A stretch of DNA of 64,000 nucleotides from Macrostomum lignano (Eukaryota). Where the stretch lies: the NCBI GenBank assembly GCA_002269645.1, contig NIVC01001278.1, forward strand, positions 11,742-75,741, read 5' to 3'. A program made the position numbers and the translations under genes. Shown here piece by piece: positions 11,937 to 26,105 of the stretch (positions within the stretch are counted from its first letter, which is position 1; every line of letters starts with the position of its first letter). The notes below the pieces were generated by a model, which did no database searches, was not told where the DNA came from, and worked only from the letters and a program-made list of their open reading frames with translations.

Positions 11937-13040
11937 CATGAGGGAATAGAATGGATTGCTAATCTAGCCAGAATCATTGATGAGGGAATAGAATGGATTG
12001 CTAATCTAGCCAACATCACTGATGAAGGAATAGAATGGATTGCTAATCTAGCCAACATCACTGATGAAGGAATAGAATGGATTGCTAATCTAGCCAACAT
12101 CACTGATGAAGAAATAGAATGGATTGCTAACCTAGCCAGCATCACTGATGAAGGAATAGAATGGATTGCTAATCTAGCCAGCATCACTGATGAAGGAATA
12201 GAATGGATTGCTAATCTAGCCAACATCACTGATGAAGGAATAGAATGGATTGCTAATCTAGACAACATCACTGATGAAGGAATATAATGGATTGCTAATC
12301 TAGCCAGCATCACTGATGAAGGAATAGAATGGATTGCTAATCTAGCCAATATCACTGATGAAGGAAAAGAATGGATTGCTAATCTAGCCAGCATCACTGA
12401 TGAAAGAATAGAATGGATTGCTAATCTAGCCAACATCACTGATGAAGGAATAGAATGGATTGGTAATCTAGCCAGAATCACGGATGAAGGAATAGAATGG
12501 ATTGCTAATCTAGCCAGCATCACTGATGAAGGAATAGAATGGATCGCTAATCTAGCCAACATCACTGATGAAGGAATAGAATGGATTGCTAGTCTAGCCA
12601 ACATTACTGATGAAGGAATAGAATGGATTGCTAGTCTAGCCAACATTACTGATGAACGAATAGAATGGATTGCTAATCTAGCCAACATTACTGATGAACG
12701 AATAGAATGGATTGCTAGTCTAGCCAACATCACTGATGAACGAATAGAATGGATTGCTAGTCTAGCCAACATCACTGATGAACGAATAGAATGGATTGCT
12801 AGTCTAGCCAACATTACTGATGAACGAATAGAATGGATTGCTAATCTAGCCAACATTACTGATGAACGAATAGAATGGATTGCTAGTCTAGCCAACATCA
12901 CTGATGAACGAATAGAATGGATTGCTAGTCTAGCCAACATCACTGATGAACGAATAGAATGGATTGCTAGTCTAGCCAACATCATAATTAGAAGAGTAAA
13001 ATGGATCGCTAATCTAGCCCAAATACTGATGAAGGGATAG
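11937..13040. repeat. 42-bp minisatellite family, locus 1 (GAAGGAATAGAATGGATTGCTAATCTAGCCAACATCACTGAT)n
   Basis: ~26 units. Confidence 0.97.
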
Positions 13041-13243
13041 ATCCATAGATATATCTAGTCTCATGAAATTGTTATTATTATTATTTTGCCTGCTGTCCAG
13101 TATATTTTCGTCACTTCATCTTAGCATTCGCAAATAATTACTAACAGTAGCTTATAGATCATTTTGTGAAAAAATCTAGGACTCTGTATAGTTTTCATAT
13201 CGCAGTCTAGTCTTCTATTCTGTTAACCGAACGCCATCAACAG

Positions 13244-13418
13244 GTGCCTCTCGTTGCGCAATATTCGCGATAACGAGGAGAAGGACAGCGCATTCCGTGG
13301 CATCTGCAATCTGATTAACATCAAGCCGGATGTGGTGGTCAATGAATTCATCTACTTCTGCGACTCGGTGGCCTCTTGGAGCGAGCCCCAGCCCGATCTT
13401 AAGGAGATGTTTCACAAG
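13244..13418 (+). CDS. TNPO1: Transportin-1 coding exon
   Basis: [21 protein letters not shown]...[11 protein letters not shown]...DLKEMFHK; caacag| and AAG|gtaaac. Confidence 0.95.
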
Positions 13419-13436
13419 GTAAACAGATTAGTAATG

Positions 13437-14262
13437 TCCATTGAGAATCCTCATTCAAATCCCCATTGAGAATCCTCATTCAAATCCCCATTGAGAATCC
13501 TCATTCAAATCCCCATTGAGAATCCCCTTTCAAATCCCCATTGAGAATCCTCATTCAAATCCCCATTGAGAATCCTCATTCAAATCCCCATTGAGAATCC
13601 TCATTCAAATCCCCATTGAGAATCCTCATTCAAATCCCCATTGAGAATCCTCATTCAAATCCCCATTGAGAATCCCCTTTCAAATCCCCATTGAGAATCC
13701 TCATTCAAATCCCCATTGAGAATCCTCATTCAAATCCCCATTGAGAATCCTCATTCAAATCCCCATTAAGAATCCTCATTCAAATCCCCATTAAGAATCC
13801 TCATTCAAATCCCCATTGAGAATCCTCATTGAGAATCCTCATTCAAATCCCCATTGAGAATCCTCATTCAAAACCCCATTAAGAATCCTCATTCAAATCC
13901 CCATTGAGAATCCTCATTCAAATCCCCATTGAGAATCCTCATTCAAATCCCCATTGAGAATCCTCATTCAAATCCCCATTGAGAATCCCCTTTCAAATCC
14001 TCATTCAAATCCCCATTGAGAATCCTCATTCAAATCCCCATTAAGAATCCTCATTCAAATCCCCATTAAGAATCCTCATTCAAATCCCCATTGAGAATCC
14101 TCATTGAGAATCCTCATTCAAATCCCCATTGAGAATCCTCATTCAAATCCCCATTGAGAATCCTCATTCAAATCCCCATTGAAAATCCTCATTGAGAATC
14201 CTCATTCAAATCCCCATTGAGAATCCCCTTTCAAATCCCCATTTTTAAATCCCCATTGAGGA
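13437..14262. repeat. 25-bp minisatellite (CCATTGAGAATCCTCATTCAAATCC)n
   Basis: Tandem units filling the last coding intron. Confidence 0.95.
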
Positions 14263-14289
14263 TCCCGCAAACCGTGAATTTCCCTCCAG

Positions 14290-14397
14290 ATAATATTTGC
14301 CGTCAAGGAGAATGTCGGACCGGAGAACTGGGCCAAGTTCTGGGCCCAGTGTCCCCCGCTGCTTAAAGAGCGACTTCACGCTCAGTATGGACTGTGA
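14290..14397 (+). CDS. TNPO1: Transportin-1 last coding exon with stop
   Basis: IIFAVKENVGPENWAKFWAQCPPLLKERLHAQYGL* matches C-terminal LKERLAAFYGV; nine exons join in frame (883 aa in window). Confidence 0.93.
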   Translation: MIFAVKENVGPENWAKFWAQCPPLLKERLHAQYGL

Positions 14398-14411
14398 ACT
14401 CATGGTGAGTG

Positions 14412-15180
14412 GGGATAGAATGGATTGCTAATCTAGCCAAAATCACTGATGAAGGAATAGAATGGATTGCTAATCTAGCCAACATCACTGATGAAGGATA
14501 GAATGGATTGCTAATCTAGCCAAAATCACTGATGAAGGAATAGAATGGATTGCTAATCTAGCCAACATCACTGATGAAGGATAGAATGGATTGCTAATCT
14601 AGCCAAAATCACTGTTGAAGGAATAGAATGGATTGCTAATCTAGCCAAAATCACTGATGAAGGAATAGAATGGATTGCTAATCTAGCCAACATCACTGAT
14701 GAAGGAATAGAATGGATTGCTAATCTAGCCAAAATCACTGATGAAGGAATAGAATGGATTGCTAATCTAGCCAACATCATAGTTGAAGGAATAGAATGGA
14801 TTGCTAATCTAGCCAACATCACTGATGAAGGAATAGAATGGATTGCTAATCTAGCCAACATCATAATTGAATTAATAGAATGGATTGCTAATCTAGCCAA
14901 CATCATAATTGAATTAATAGAATGGATTGCTAATCTAGCCAACATCATAATTGAATGAACAGAATGGATTGCTAATCTAGCCAACATCATAGTTGAATTA
15001 ATAGAATGGATTGCTAATCTAGCCAACATCATAATTGAATGAACAGAATGGATTGCTAATCTAGCCAACATCATAGTTGAAGGAATAGAATGGATTGCTA
15101 ATCTAGCCAACATCATAATTGAATGAACAGAATGGATTGCTAATCTAGCCAACATCATATTGAAAGAATAGAATGGATTG
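14412..15180. repeat. 42-bp minisatellite family, locus 2
   Basis: Same unit as 11937-13040. Confidence 0.95.
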
Positions 15181-16069
15181 CATCAGACCTCCCATTTTGC
15201 ACAGGACAGCCGTGCACTGCAAGACACCGCAATGAACGCTGCAAGCATCTTTAGCTGACTGAATGTGGACTGTACTCCGTGCATGTCCCTCAGTGTTTTT
15301 ACCAGGCTTTTGGACTGTTGTTAATTTTGATTTTCGCACCCCGTATTAATCCAGATGAATATTAATATCTCTAATGTCCTTTGTTCTGTGTAAAATCGCA
15401 TGCATTCTGCCTGTTATCTGCCCGCTAAATACTACTTATCATTACTACTGTGTGCGTGTTGTCCCCTCATTATCTCTTTTGCTCCCATTTCGGATGTCCT
15501 GTCTCTTGGGAGAATTCGAAATCTGTTTCCCCCTGCGTGGGCGGCTGTTACTAACCCTATTTCGTATCTGCACCATATCTCTAGGGCATTTCTACACACT
15601 TATGTTAGTAAGAGTATGTACTGCCATTTTATTTTCTCCTTATGTAGGGATCGCTTCAATTCTCAGTGCTTTCTAAATATTCTTTTTTACATACTATATG
15701 GCCTACTACTGTACAGTACTATAGAATAGGATGTATTCAACTTTTTATCTTTGTAATCCGCATCAGTTTGCCAGTCTCTTTTTGTATTTGATTTTAGCGT
15801 ACATGTATGTGCATTGAATACGATATGTGTTAATAATGGTATTTTCTGTATGCTAGCTTAATTTATGTTTTTTACAGAGACTTTTCTGCCCAGTGTACCG
15901 CTTGTACTGTTCACATTCTAAGCTATTGTAGGCCAATCACTGCTCAGTCTGTCCATCCCAATGTTCTCATTGCCTGCCCCGTACATGTTTGCCACCGTGT
16001 GTGTTTGTGTGTGTGCAGCTTCACTCCCGCTGACTCACCGCTGTAGCTGCCCTCAGCTACCTCTCATAC

Positions 16070-16960
16070 CTTCTCCCCTCTCCATCCTCTCCCCTCCCCA
16101 TCCTTCTCTCTCCTCCCCATCCTTCTCTCTCCTCACCATCCTTCTCTCCCCTCCCCATCCTTCTCTCTCCTCCCCATTCTTCTCTCCCCTCACCATCCAT
16201 ATCTCCCCTCACCATCCTTCTCTCCCCTCCCCATCCTTCTCTCCCCTCACCATCCATCTTTCCCCTCACCATCCTCTCCCCTCACCATCCTTCTCTCTCC
16301 TCCCCATCCTTCTCTCCCCTCCCCATCCTTCTCTCTCCTCCCCATCCTTCTCTCCCCTCACCATCCTCTCCCCTCCCCATCCATCTTTCCCCTCACCATC
16401 CATCTTTCCCCTCACCATCCATCTTTCCCCTCACCATCCATCTTTCCCCTCACCATCCATCTTTCCCCTCACCATCCTCTCCCCTCACCATCCTTCCCTC
16501 CCCTCCCCATCCTTCTCTTCCCTCCCCATCCATCTCTCCCCTCACCATCATTCTCTCCCCTCACCATCCTTCTCTCCCCTCCCCATCCTTCTCTCTCCTC
16601 CCCATCCTTCTCTCTCCTCACCATCCTTCTCTCCCCTCCCCATCCTTCTCTCTCCTCCCCATCCTTCTCTCCCCTCACCATCCATATCTCCCCTCACCAT
16701 CCTTCTCTCCCCTCACCATCCTTCTCTCCCCTCCCCATCCTTCTCTCTCCTCCCCATCCTTCTCTCCCCTCACCATCCATATCTCCCCTCACCATCCTTC
16801 TCTCCCCTCACCATCCTCTCCCCTCCCTCACTCCCCTCTCCCTCTCCCTCTCACCTCTCCCCTCTCCACCTTCCTCTCCTTTCCCCCTTACTCTCCCCTC
16901 CCTCACCCATCCCCTTCCCTTTCCCCCTCCCCCTGCTCTTCCCTCTCCCTCTCGCTCTCC
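16070..16960. repeat. Polypyrimidine low-complexity repeat (CCCTCACCATCCTTCTCTC-like)
   Basis: C/T-rich degenerate tandem. Confidence 0.9.
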
Positions 16961-17374
16961 CTAGGCACAAGCCGGCAAGTGGAGCCGCGCACTAGAATAG
17001 TATTTTTGTAAACCTAACCGCTAATTGATTTGGCTTTTCCCTCTCATCCCGCTAGTTCCTCGGTTTTAACTATCGTGTTCGCGCATTTTAGTGTGCTTTT
17101 CATTTTTATTTTATTCACTTGTTCATTTTAGGAACGCATCTAAGATAGGCTTGTGGCCGCTAGCAATACAATACTTCCCGAGCTTTAAATACATGCCTCG
17201 TACTTCAGAGCCTTGTTATCCAACTTTGCAGCGTATTTTAAATTCAATAGGATTATTTATTATTATTGCATCAATCCCAGTGTCCGTAAGTATTAGCATA
17301 TGATTATTATTGATATACGCATGTTTGTGTATTTCCTATCGTTTGTGTGCTTGTGACAGTCCAGGAGCTAAGCT

Positions 17375-17708
17375 GGGGTCTGGATAGTGGCGCCACAACT
17401 GCGGTCTGGATAGTGGCGCCACAACTGAGGTTTGGATAGTGGCACCACAACTTGGGTCTGGATAGTGGCGCCACAACTTGGGTCTGGATAGTGGCGCCAC
17501 AACTGCAATCTGGATAGTGGCGCCACAACTTGGGTCTGGATAGTGGCGCCACAACTGGGGTCTGGATAGTGGCGCTACAACTGGGGTCTGGATAGTGGCG
17601 CTACAACTGGGGTCTGGATAGTGGCGCTACAACTGGGGTCTGGATAGTGGCGCTACAACTGGGGTCTGGATAGTGGCGCCACAACTGCGGTCTGGATAGT
17701 GGCGCCAA
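17375..17708. repeat. 26-bp minisatellite (GGGGTCTGGATAGTGGCGCCACAACT)n
   Basis: ~13 units, no unique spacers. Confidence 0.95.
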
Positions 17709-18712
17709 CTTGAAGAGTTGCAAATTGTAGTCACAGACCGCGGCCCCTCGACTGTCACTGCAAAAATGCTGCGCCTTAGCCGACTCAATGCTACTCGTTT
17801 CAGTAGGACTATTTGTATTTTAATCTCTATTATTCCTGTCCGACATAAAAATATATTTTTCGTTGTAGTGTTTTTTAAGGATTAGTTTAAATAAGAAAGT
17901 ATTACCTCCCGGGGCCCGTTTAATGTACTTCCTGATTCAAACTTTTAATCGTTTTTTGTTACAAATGTACAACCAGATTAGCGCAGATGTACATACATCT
18001 ATCATAGTATACTACTTACAGTAGGACTGTATATGTAACTCAGACACTTTATTTTTTAATTTGTGCCCTAGGAAGGGGATAGGTCTTTATTAGCAGATAT
18101 AATGCATTTTGCCTATTATAGACTAGTTGTATTTACAATTTTGTAGGTAAATTTCTTACTTGTGTTTTTTCTGTACTGTAGTGCCAGGCCGTATATACAT
18201 ATGTATATAGATTAGATACATTTCTACGTATCGCCTTTGTACTTTCACTGGTCGGACTAAGACTTGAAGTTGTAACCAAGCAATTTATAATATTTTATTA
18301 ATTTAAATCCAATGTCTGTGCGGCAGTGTTAATGCAAAACTAACTTAACTATTGCCATCGCTGGTTCCCAAAAGTAGCTCTCCGCAGTCTGTCTGAAGTT
18401 CTTTGTGTCCTTATTTTCATTTCTTTTCCTAATCTTTGTTGTCAATCTAATTTTCATGATTCCTCAATTCTTATTAAATTTATATGAAGCACTCAGATCT
18501 TGTTTGTTGTCTGTTGTCCTGGCGTATAAATATTTTTGTTGGCTGATAACTAAAATATAATTCTGCTGTTGAAGGCATGCCCGACCTGCATGCGTCTGTC
18601 CCGTGTTTCAATCATGATATTCTAATAATTCCTATCAACTTATTCAGACATTTTTTCATTCGAATCCAATGTTCCTTCTTCTATTCAAAGCTATCTTTAT
18701 TGGTTAATTTGG

Positions 18713-19912
18713 AAACTGACACAACTGAAAACTGACACACAACTGACAACTGAGACACAACTGACAACTGAGACACAGCTGACAGCTGAGACACAACTGA
18801 CAGCTGACACAACTGACAACTGACACAACTGACAACTGAGACACAACTGACAACTGAGACACAGCTGACAACTGAAACACAACTGACAGCTGAGACACAA
18901 CTGACAGCTGAGACACAACTGACAACTGAAACACAACTGACAACTGAGACACAACTGACAGCTGAGACACAACTGACAACTGAAACACAACTGACAACTG
19001 AGACACAACTGACAGCTGAGACACAACTGACAGCTGAGACACAACTGACAGCTGAGACACAACTGACAACTGAGACACAGCTGACAGCTGAGACACAACT
19101 GACAACTGACACAACTGACAACTGAGACACAACTGACAGCTGAGACACAACTGACAACTGAAACACAACTGACAGCTGAGACACAACTGACAACTGAGAC
19201 ACAAATGACAACTGAGACACATCTGACAACTGAGACACATCTGACAACTGACACAACTGACAGCTGAGACACATCTGACAACTGAGACACAACTGACAAC
19301 TGAGACACATCTGACAACTGACACAACTGACAACTGAGACACAGCTGACAACTGACACACAACTGACAACTGACACAACTGACAACTGAGACACAACTGA
19401 CAGCTGAGACACAACTGACAACTGAAACACAACTGACAGCTGAGACACAACTGACAACTGAGACACAACTGACAACTGAGACACAACTGACAACTGAGAC
19501 ACATCTGACAACTGAGACACAACTGACAACTGAGACACAACTGACAACTGAGACACATCTGACAACTGAGACACATCTGACAACTGACACAACTGACAAC
19601 TGAGACACAACTGACAACTGAGACACAACTGACAACTGAGACACATCTGACAACTGACACAACTGACAACTGAGACACAACTGACAGCTGAGACACAACT
19701 GACAACTGAGACACAACTGAAACAGACACACAACTGACAACTGAGACACAACTGACAACTGAGGCACAACTGAAACAGACACACAACTGACAACTGAGAC
19801 ACAACTGACAACTGAGGCACAACTGAAACAGACACACAACAAACTGAGACACAACTGAAACAGACACACAACAAACTGAGACACAACTGAAACCGAGACA
19901 CAACTAAACTGA
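18713..19912. repeat. 18-bp minisatellite (ACACAACTGACAACTGAG)n
   Basis: Tandem units with 16/20-bp variants. Confidence 0.95.
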
Positions 19913-20006
19913 GGTAATAATAATAACAATTACAAGACGGTTGCGTGCACCCTGGTGCAACCCCTTCGGCGACACCTGTCCCACAATCAGCGCCGAGGCA
20001 GTTCGG

Positions 20007-20294
20007 TGAGCACATGCAAGCGCGCCAATACTGCACTCAGACACACGCTCACGGTGAGCACATGCAAGCGCTTGCCAATACTGCACTCAGACACACGCTC
20101 ACGGTGAGCACATGCAAGCGCGCCAATACTGCACTCAGACACACGCTCACGGTGAGCACATGCAAGCGCGCCAATACTGCACTTAGACACACGCTCACGG
20201 TGAGCACATGCAAGCGCGCCAATACTGCACTTAGACACACGCTCACGGTGAGCACATGCAAGCGCGCCAATACTGCACTCAGACACACGCTCAC
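20007..20294. repeat. 48-bp tandem repeat x6 (GAGCACATGCAAGCGCGCCAATACTGCACTCAGACACACGCTCACGGT)
   Basis: Six near-identical units. Confidence 0.95.
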
Positions 20295-20786
20295 GATGAT
20301 TTGCAGCTTCTAAAATATTTTGTAGTTTTGTATTTTATGAAAACTAAAATCTTAAAGAAAAAACACTTAACGCCTACTGGTAGTAGGCGATCTAGTACAG
20401 GAGTAGTCTGAGTCACATTAAATCTATAGAAAATTTGCTCCGCTGCTTGGCGACGGGCATCTCGTCGGTCAACTACCGCCGAGTTTCTTTCAGCCCGAAG
20501 ATGTCCAAATCTCTGTGAAAATGTCGAACATCTGCGCAGCCAAATGCATGCAGGCAGACACTGCACTACCTTGACTTAGCCAAGTGCGCAAGTGCGACAA
20601 GGTGAGGATCTGCGGTTGTATTTTTTTTAAACTTCGTATTGCGATTCTAACAAGTTCAGGTTAGAGAACAGGTTTGCAATGATCTGGGATAGCGAGGCCC
20701 ACGGCTGTTCACTGAGTCTCGCAGTGATGCGTGATGCCGCTCGGTGAACTACAGAGTCCAGCTGTCCTACAGAAGAGGGTAGGGCG

Positions 20787-20992
20787 GAAAAGACAGGATG
20801 GGGCTGAGGACAGGAATGGAAAGGACAGGATGGGGCTGAGGACAGGAACGGAAAGGACAGGATGGGGCTGAGGACAGGAACGGAAAGGACAGGATGGGGC
20901 TGAGGACAGGATGGGCTGAGGACAGGATGGGCTGAGGACAGGAACGGAAAGGACAGGATGGGGCGGAGGACAGGGGCGGAAAGGACAGGATG
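20787..20992. repeat. ~32-bp purine-rich repeat (GGAAAGGACAGGATGGGGCTGAGGACAGGAAC)
   Basis: Tandem units. Confidence 0.85.
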
Positions 20993-21940
20993 GTTCAGGT
21001 GTGCGATAACCAAAGCAGTTTGGGTGGCATTGTGAGGCAAACCCGTGAGAGAATTCCTCAAAAGAAAAATAGCCGATTTTTATTGAGTATGAAATTCTAA
21101 AAAAAAGTTGCTGTCGCCAAAATTTGTCGCAGTTCCCTAACCCGTGCCCGACAGACAGAATTAGCGAGTGGAATTGGCCTATTGTTTTCATTTGATTAAA
21201 CTTGAACGCAGTGTCAATACGGCTCTCCCACTGGTGAGCACGCAGTGATGGCGGGGAGGTGTGAATCGGGGGGCACCGTGAGCCTGCAACAAAGTTTCTG
21301 AAACAATGTCAACAGATTTCCCTACCGGCTGGGATTTTGTTTGACGAGGAGCTGTCGATATTCCCACCATCGAAATTTGCCGCGGCTTGTTGGTGGGAGC
21401 TAAAAATATCCCCATATTTTATGATGAAGCTTCATCAAAGCGGTGTGGAGAGTCTGTGGGACAGCGGCCACCTTGGACACACAATCAATCAATCTGGGCA
21501 AGTTTTGAGAAACTTTCACAGCGATTTTCTCAGCATTGTCTGCTCAGCCACCCTCCGATGTTTCGATTCTCTCTGCAAGACTCAAGTCTCAATTAATTTA
21601 CTCGTAATTTTCATTGTTTCCTGCACACCTCCAGCTATCATGCTAACTGGAGTGGTTGCTAACCACGTGATACTGTGAATTTCTCGGAATATCATAGGGA
21701 CACCATCACCGTCTTCGCCTCACTCACTGCTCATCACTCGCCGCTCGTACGGCTCGCATATGGAGGAGCCCGAATACCCAAGAACTCTGTTTGCATGCCG
21801 CCACTGGCTTAGAGATCTGCAATGAGCTGGATGTTTGCACAGACAGTTGGAGGGCGCGCCCGTGACAGGAGCCCCACCGCACACCTTTTCATTGTCAGTT
21901 TAATATAGTAGCCAACAGCAGGTTGATGACTGACACGGGC

Positions 21941-22350
<410 letters not shown>

Positions 22351-22944
22351 TCTACCTCAGGCAAGTTTTGAAAGCTACGGCTCTGAACCTTTTCTTGAGC
22401 AATCATGGGAGCTCATCAAAACTCTGTCAAGGTAATCCAAAAATTTCAATCAAACGCAATCATATTGAATTGGATTCGGGCTATTTAAGGTGTGATATAA
22501 TTGGGATTTGAGCTGACAGAATTGTTGAGTCAAAACTGACCCAAACACTGGGCGCGGTGATGCAAGCCAATTCCGCAGGCCAATAGAGTCCAAGGCGCTT
22601 CTCACTAACAGTTGGGTTCGGGAGTTGACAGAAGGGACTTCTAAGGATTGAGCACATGGTCCTGAAGACCTGTTCTCATTTTATACACTGAGCAATCTTT
22701 GTTTGTCTTTGTCGGAATTGAAATTCGCCCCCCCCCAACTCAGCCGCTCAAGGTGGACTTGGTCTGCTTGGAGTCTCGTGTTTGTCTGTGCTCAAAAGGC
22801 TCGGGTCAAGAGCTGCCACCCCCTGCGGCCCTCCGCCTCATGGCAGCCCCATCGACTGCCGGCTTGGACACTTCAGTAGCCGCTTCTGTTTGCTGAGGGC
22901 CTGAATTATTCATTCACGGATTGCTGGCTGCGCACACTGTCCAC

Positions 22945-23450
22945 CCATCTACCTGTCTACCCATCTACCTGTCTACCCATCTACCTGTCTACCCATCTAC
23001 CTGTCTACTCATCTACCTGTCTACTCATCTACCTGTCTACTCATCTACCTGTCTACTCATCTACCTGTCTACTCATCTACCTGTCTACCCATCTACCTAT
23101 CTACCCATCTACCTATCTACCCATCTACCTATCTACCTGTCTACTCATCTACCTGTCTACTCATCTACCTGTCTACCCATCTACCTATCTACCCATCTAC
23201 CTGTCTACCCATCTACCTGTCTACTCATCTACCTGTCTACTCATCTACCTGTCTACTCATCTACCTGTCTACCCATCTACCTATCTACCTATCTACCCAT
23301 CTACCTATCTACCTGTCTACTTACCTATCTACCTATCTACCTATCTGCCTATCTATCTACCTTTCTACCTACTACCTATCTACCTAGCTACGTATCTATC
23401 TACCTTTCTATCTACCTATCTACCTACCTATCTACTTATCTACCTATCTG
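22945..23450. repeat. Compound CTAC(C/T)-based microsatellite (CTACCTGTCTACCCAT-like)
   Basis: Direct reading. Confidence 0.9.
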
Positions 23451-24904
23451 TTTATATTACCCTTTAATAATTCTAACAGTCTGCGTTCTCGGGATGACTG
23501 ATTGACAGGCCCCCTGTCCGCAAGGCCGGCCGCCCCATCCCCAGTCTCCCTCTCCCAAGCACTTCCATCAGGCGTGAAGTCTCTCTTTCAGCGAAATTTT
23601 CATTTCAAACAAATTCCACAGAAGGAATTCAAAACTGCAGCAGCAGACACCAAAAGTGTTTTTTCCTTATTCGATGAAACACGGCAAAGGGCAATAAAAT
23701 GTTTGAAAGATTTTATTATATCGACCCAAGCCCGGCGCAGAAAATATTAATCCGCCGCAGCTTAAACTGTTGGATAATAAAACTGCGATTTCAAGCTTGC
23801 AGTTTCTTCACTGAGCGAAATCTGCCGGCTGGCAGTCCGGAACGGTTTGTTTTCCCTCACACTGGGCACTCACCCAGTCTCAGCCCACTTACACCCCTCC
23901 AGCTCCATCACTTCGCGCCCTCTCCTCTCTCTCTCTTCGATTTTCTTCAATTTCTGGGCAGTTCCTGCCGCCCCAATGTTTTCAGTGAAAATAAGTTCCG
24001 ATCCAGTTAATTGGGGATTCACTGGGCCTCACTTAATCCTCCCCTATTGCTGCTGACTGCCTTTGGCTTCGCCCGGATTTGGTTGCTGGGAGGAGAGCCC
24101 TTTTTCGCACCTTTTTCTTTCCTCCCCCCCCGCCCAGAGCTGCCTCGTGGTCAGAAGATTTTCCCTTCGACTTATTTCTGATGAAGCGAAGAGGCTGCGA
24201 GAATTGGCGGCATTAATTACAGCTGCAAAAGGGGCAGGCAGGCGATTTTTTAATTTTGTTTACAAAAAATCTTTTTTCGTTAACGCACGAGGCCAGGGCA
24301 GGGCAGCGAGGAGAGACACGCGCAACACGTGCTCCGCGCTGTTAACCCCGCCTGTCTGCCTGCCTGCCTGTCCGTCCGTCTGTCTGTCCGTGTCTCTAGG
24401 ATGGCAATTTGCAAAGACGCGAGAGGATCATCTGTTGTGCAGCAACCTGACCCCTTCAATGCTTTGCTCGTGTCTTTTAGCCGAAATGCGTGCCCGAAGT
24501 CTCGATGAAAGTGGATGGGTTGGGGGCAGCTGAAGTCTGCTGGGGCATTTGCGAATGCCGCCCCAGCTGTTTGCTGGGACTCCGCGGGGAGCCTTCGAGC
24601 CGGGCAGTTGTCATGGGACCCGCGACCGTTCCGTCCCTCCTGTCTCCTGAAGCTTTCCCATGATATTCAAGGCTGCGGAATCCGACTGCTAAGAGTGGAG
24701 GGCGCTCTCAGGTGTCTTGACCGCAGGCTGGGGGGGGGGGGCAAGTGTCAGTCAGTCAGTCAGTCAGTTGGCGATTGCGTTTCTCTCATCAGGAGGAAAA
24801 AATTCTCCTATGACAATTTTTCCTAGTTGCTATGACTCATTTACCCTTGTAGAAGTTTTATGCTCGAAGTTAGAAGGTCACCGTCTATCATGGTGGGTTC
24901 TGTG

Positions 24905-26105
24905 GTGTCAGATGCTGGCAGGTGAGTGTCAGATGCTGGCAGGTGAGTGTCAGATGCTGGCAGTTGAGTGTCAGATGCTGGCAGTTGAGTGTCAGATGCT
25001 GGCAGTTGAGTGTCAGATGCTGGCAGTTGAGTGTCAGATGCTGGCAGGTGAGTGTCAGATGCTGGCAGGTGAGTGTCAGATGCTGGCGGGTGAGTGTCAG
25101 ATGCTGGCAGTTGAGTGTCAGATGCTGGCAGGTGAGTGTCAGATGCTGGCAGGTGAGTGTCAGATGCTGGCAGTTGAGTGTCAGATGCTGGCAGTTGAGT
25201 GTCAGATGCTGGCAGGTGAGTGTCAGATGCTGGCAGGTGAGTGTCAGATGCTTTTGAATGAGTATCAGATGCTAGCAGGAGAGTGTCAGGTGCTGGCAGG
25301 TGAGTGTCAGATGCTGGCAGGTGAGTGTCAGATGCTGGCAGGTGAGTGTCAGATGCTAGCAGGTGAGTGTCAGATGCTGGCAGTTGAGTGTCAGATGCTG
25401 GCAGGTGAGTGTCAGATGCTGGCAGGTGAGTGTCAGATGCTGGCAGTTGAGTGTCAGATGCTGGCAGGTGAGTGTCAGATGCTGGCAGGTGAGTGTCAGA
25501 TGCTAGCAGGTGAGTGTCAGATGCTGGCAGGTGAGTGTCAGATGCTGGCAGGTGAGTGTCAGATGCTGGCAGGTGAGTGTCAGATGCTTTTGAATGAGTA
25601 TCAGATGCTAGCAGGAGAGTGTCAGGTGCTGGCAGGTGAGTGTCAGATGCTGGCAGGTGAGTGTCAGATGCTGGCAGGTGAGTGTCAGATGCTAGCAGGT
25701 GAGTGTCAGATGCTGGCAGTTGAGTGTCAGATGCTGGCAGGTGAGTGTCAGATGCTGGCAGGTGAGTGTCAGATGCTGGCAGGTGAGTGTCAGATGCTTT
25801 TGAATGAGTGTCAGATGCTGGCAGGTGAGTGTCAGATGCTGGCAGGTGAGTGTCAGATGCTTTTGAATGAGTGTCAGATGCTTTTGAATGAGTATCAGAT
25901 GCTAGCAGGTGAGTGTCAGATGCTGGCATGTGAGTGTCAGGTGCTGGCAGGTGAGTGTCAGATGCTGGCAGGTGAGTGTCAGATGCTGGCAGGTGAGTGT
26001 CAGGTGCTGGCAGGTGAGTGTCAGATGCTGGCAGGTGAGTGTCAGATGCTGGCAGGTGAGTGTCAGATGCTGACAGGTGAGTGTCAGATGCTGGCAGGTG
26101 AATGT
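24905..26105. repeat. 21-bp minisatellite (GTGAGTGTCAGATGCTGGCAG)n
   Basis: ~57 units; source of ECQMLAG pseudo-ORF. Confidence 0.97.

Noticed and set aside
8865-15158. Long ORFs GIITMGSEDL, PKSSDPIVMI, EGIEWIANLANITD, LARLAIHSI
   Set aside because: Translations of 30- and 42-bp intronic arrays whose periods are multiples of 3; TNPO1 splices around them in frame
18681-20036. Cys-rich ORFs (CLSCQL) resembling metallothionein or keratin-associated proteins
   Set aside because: Derived from the 18-bp ACACAACTGACAACTGAG array and open in all three minus frames
17375-20294. 26-bp and 48-bp regular repeats resembling CRISPR arrays
   Set aside because: Units are head-to-tail with no unique spacers, there are no cas genes, and the context is spliceosomal eukaryotic
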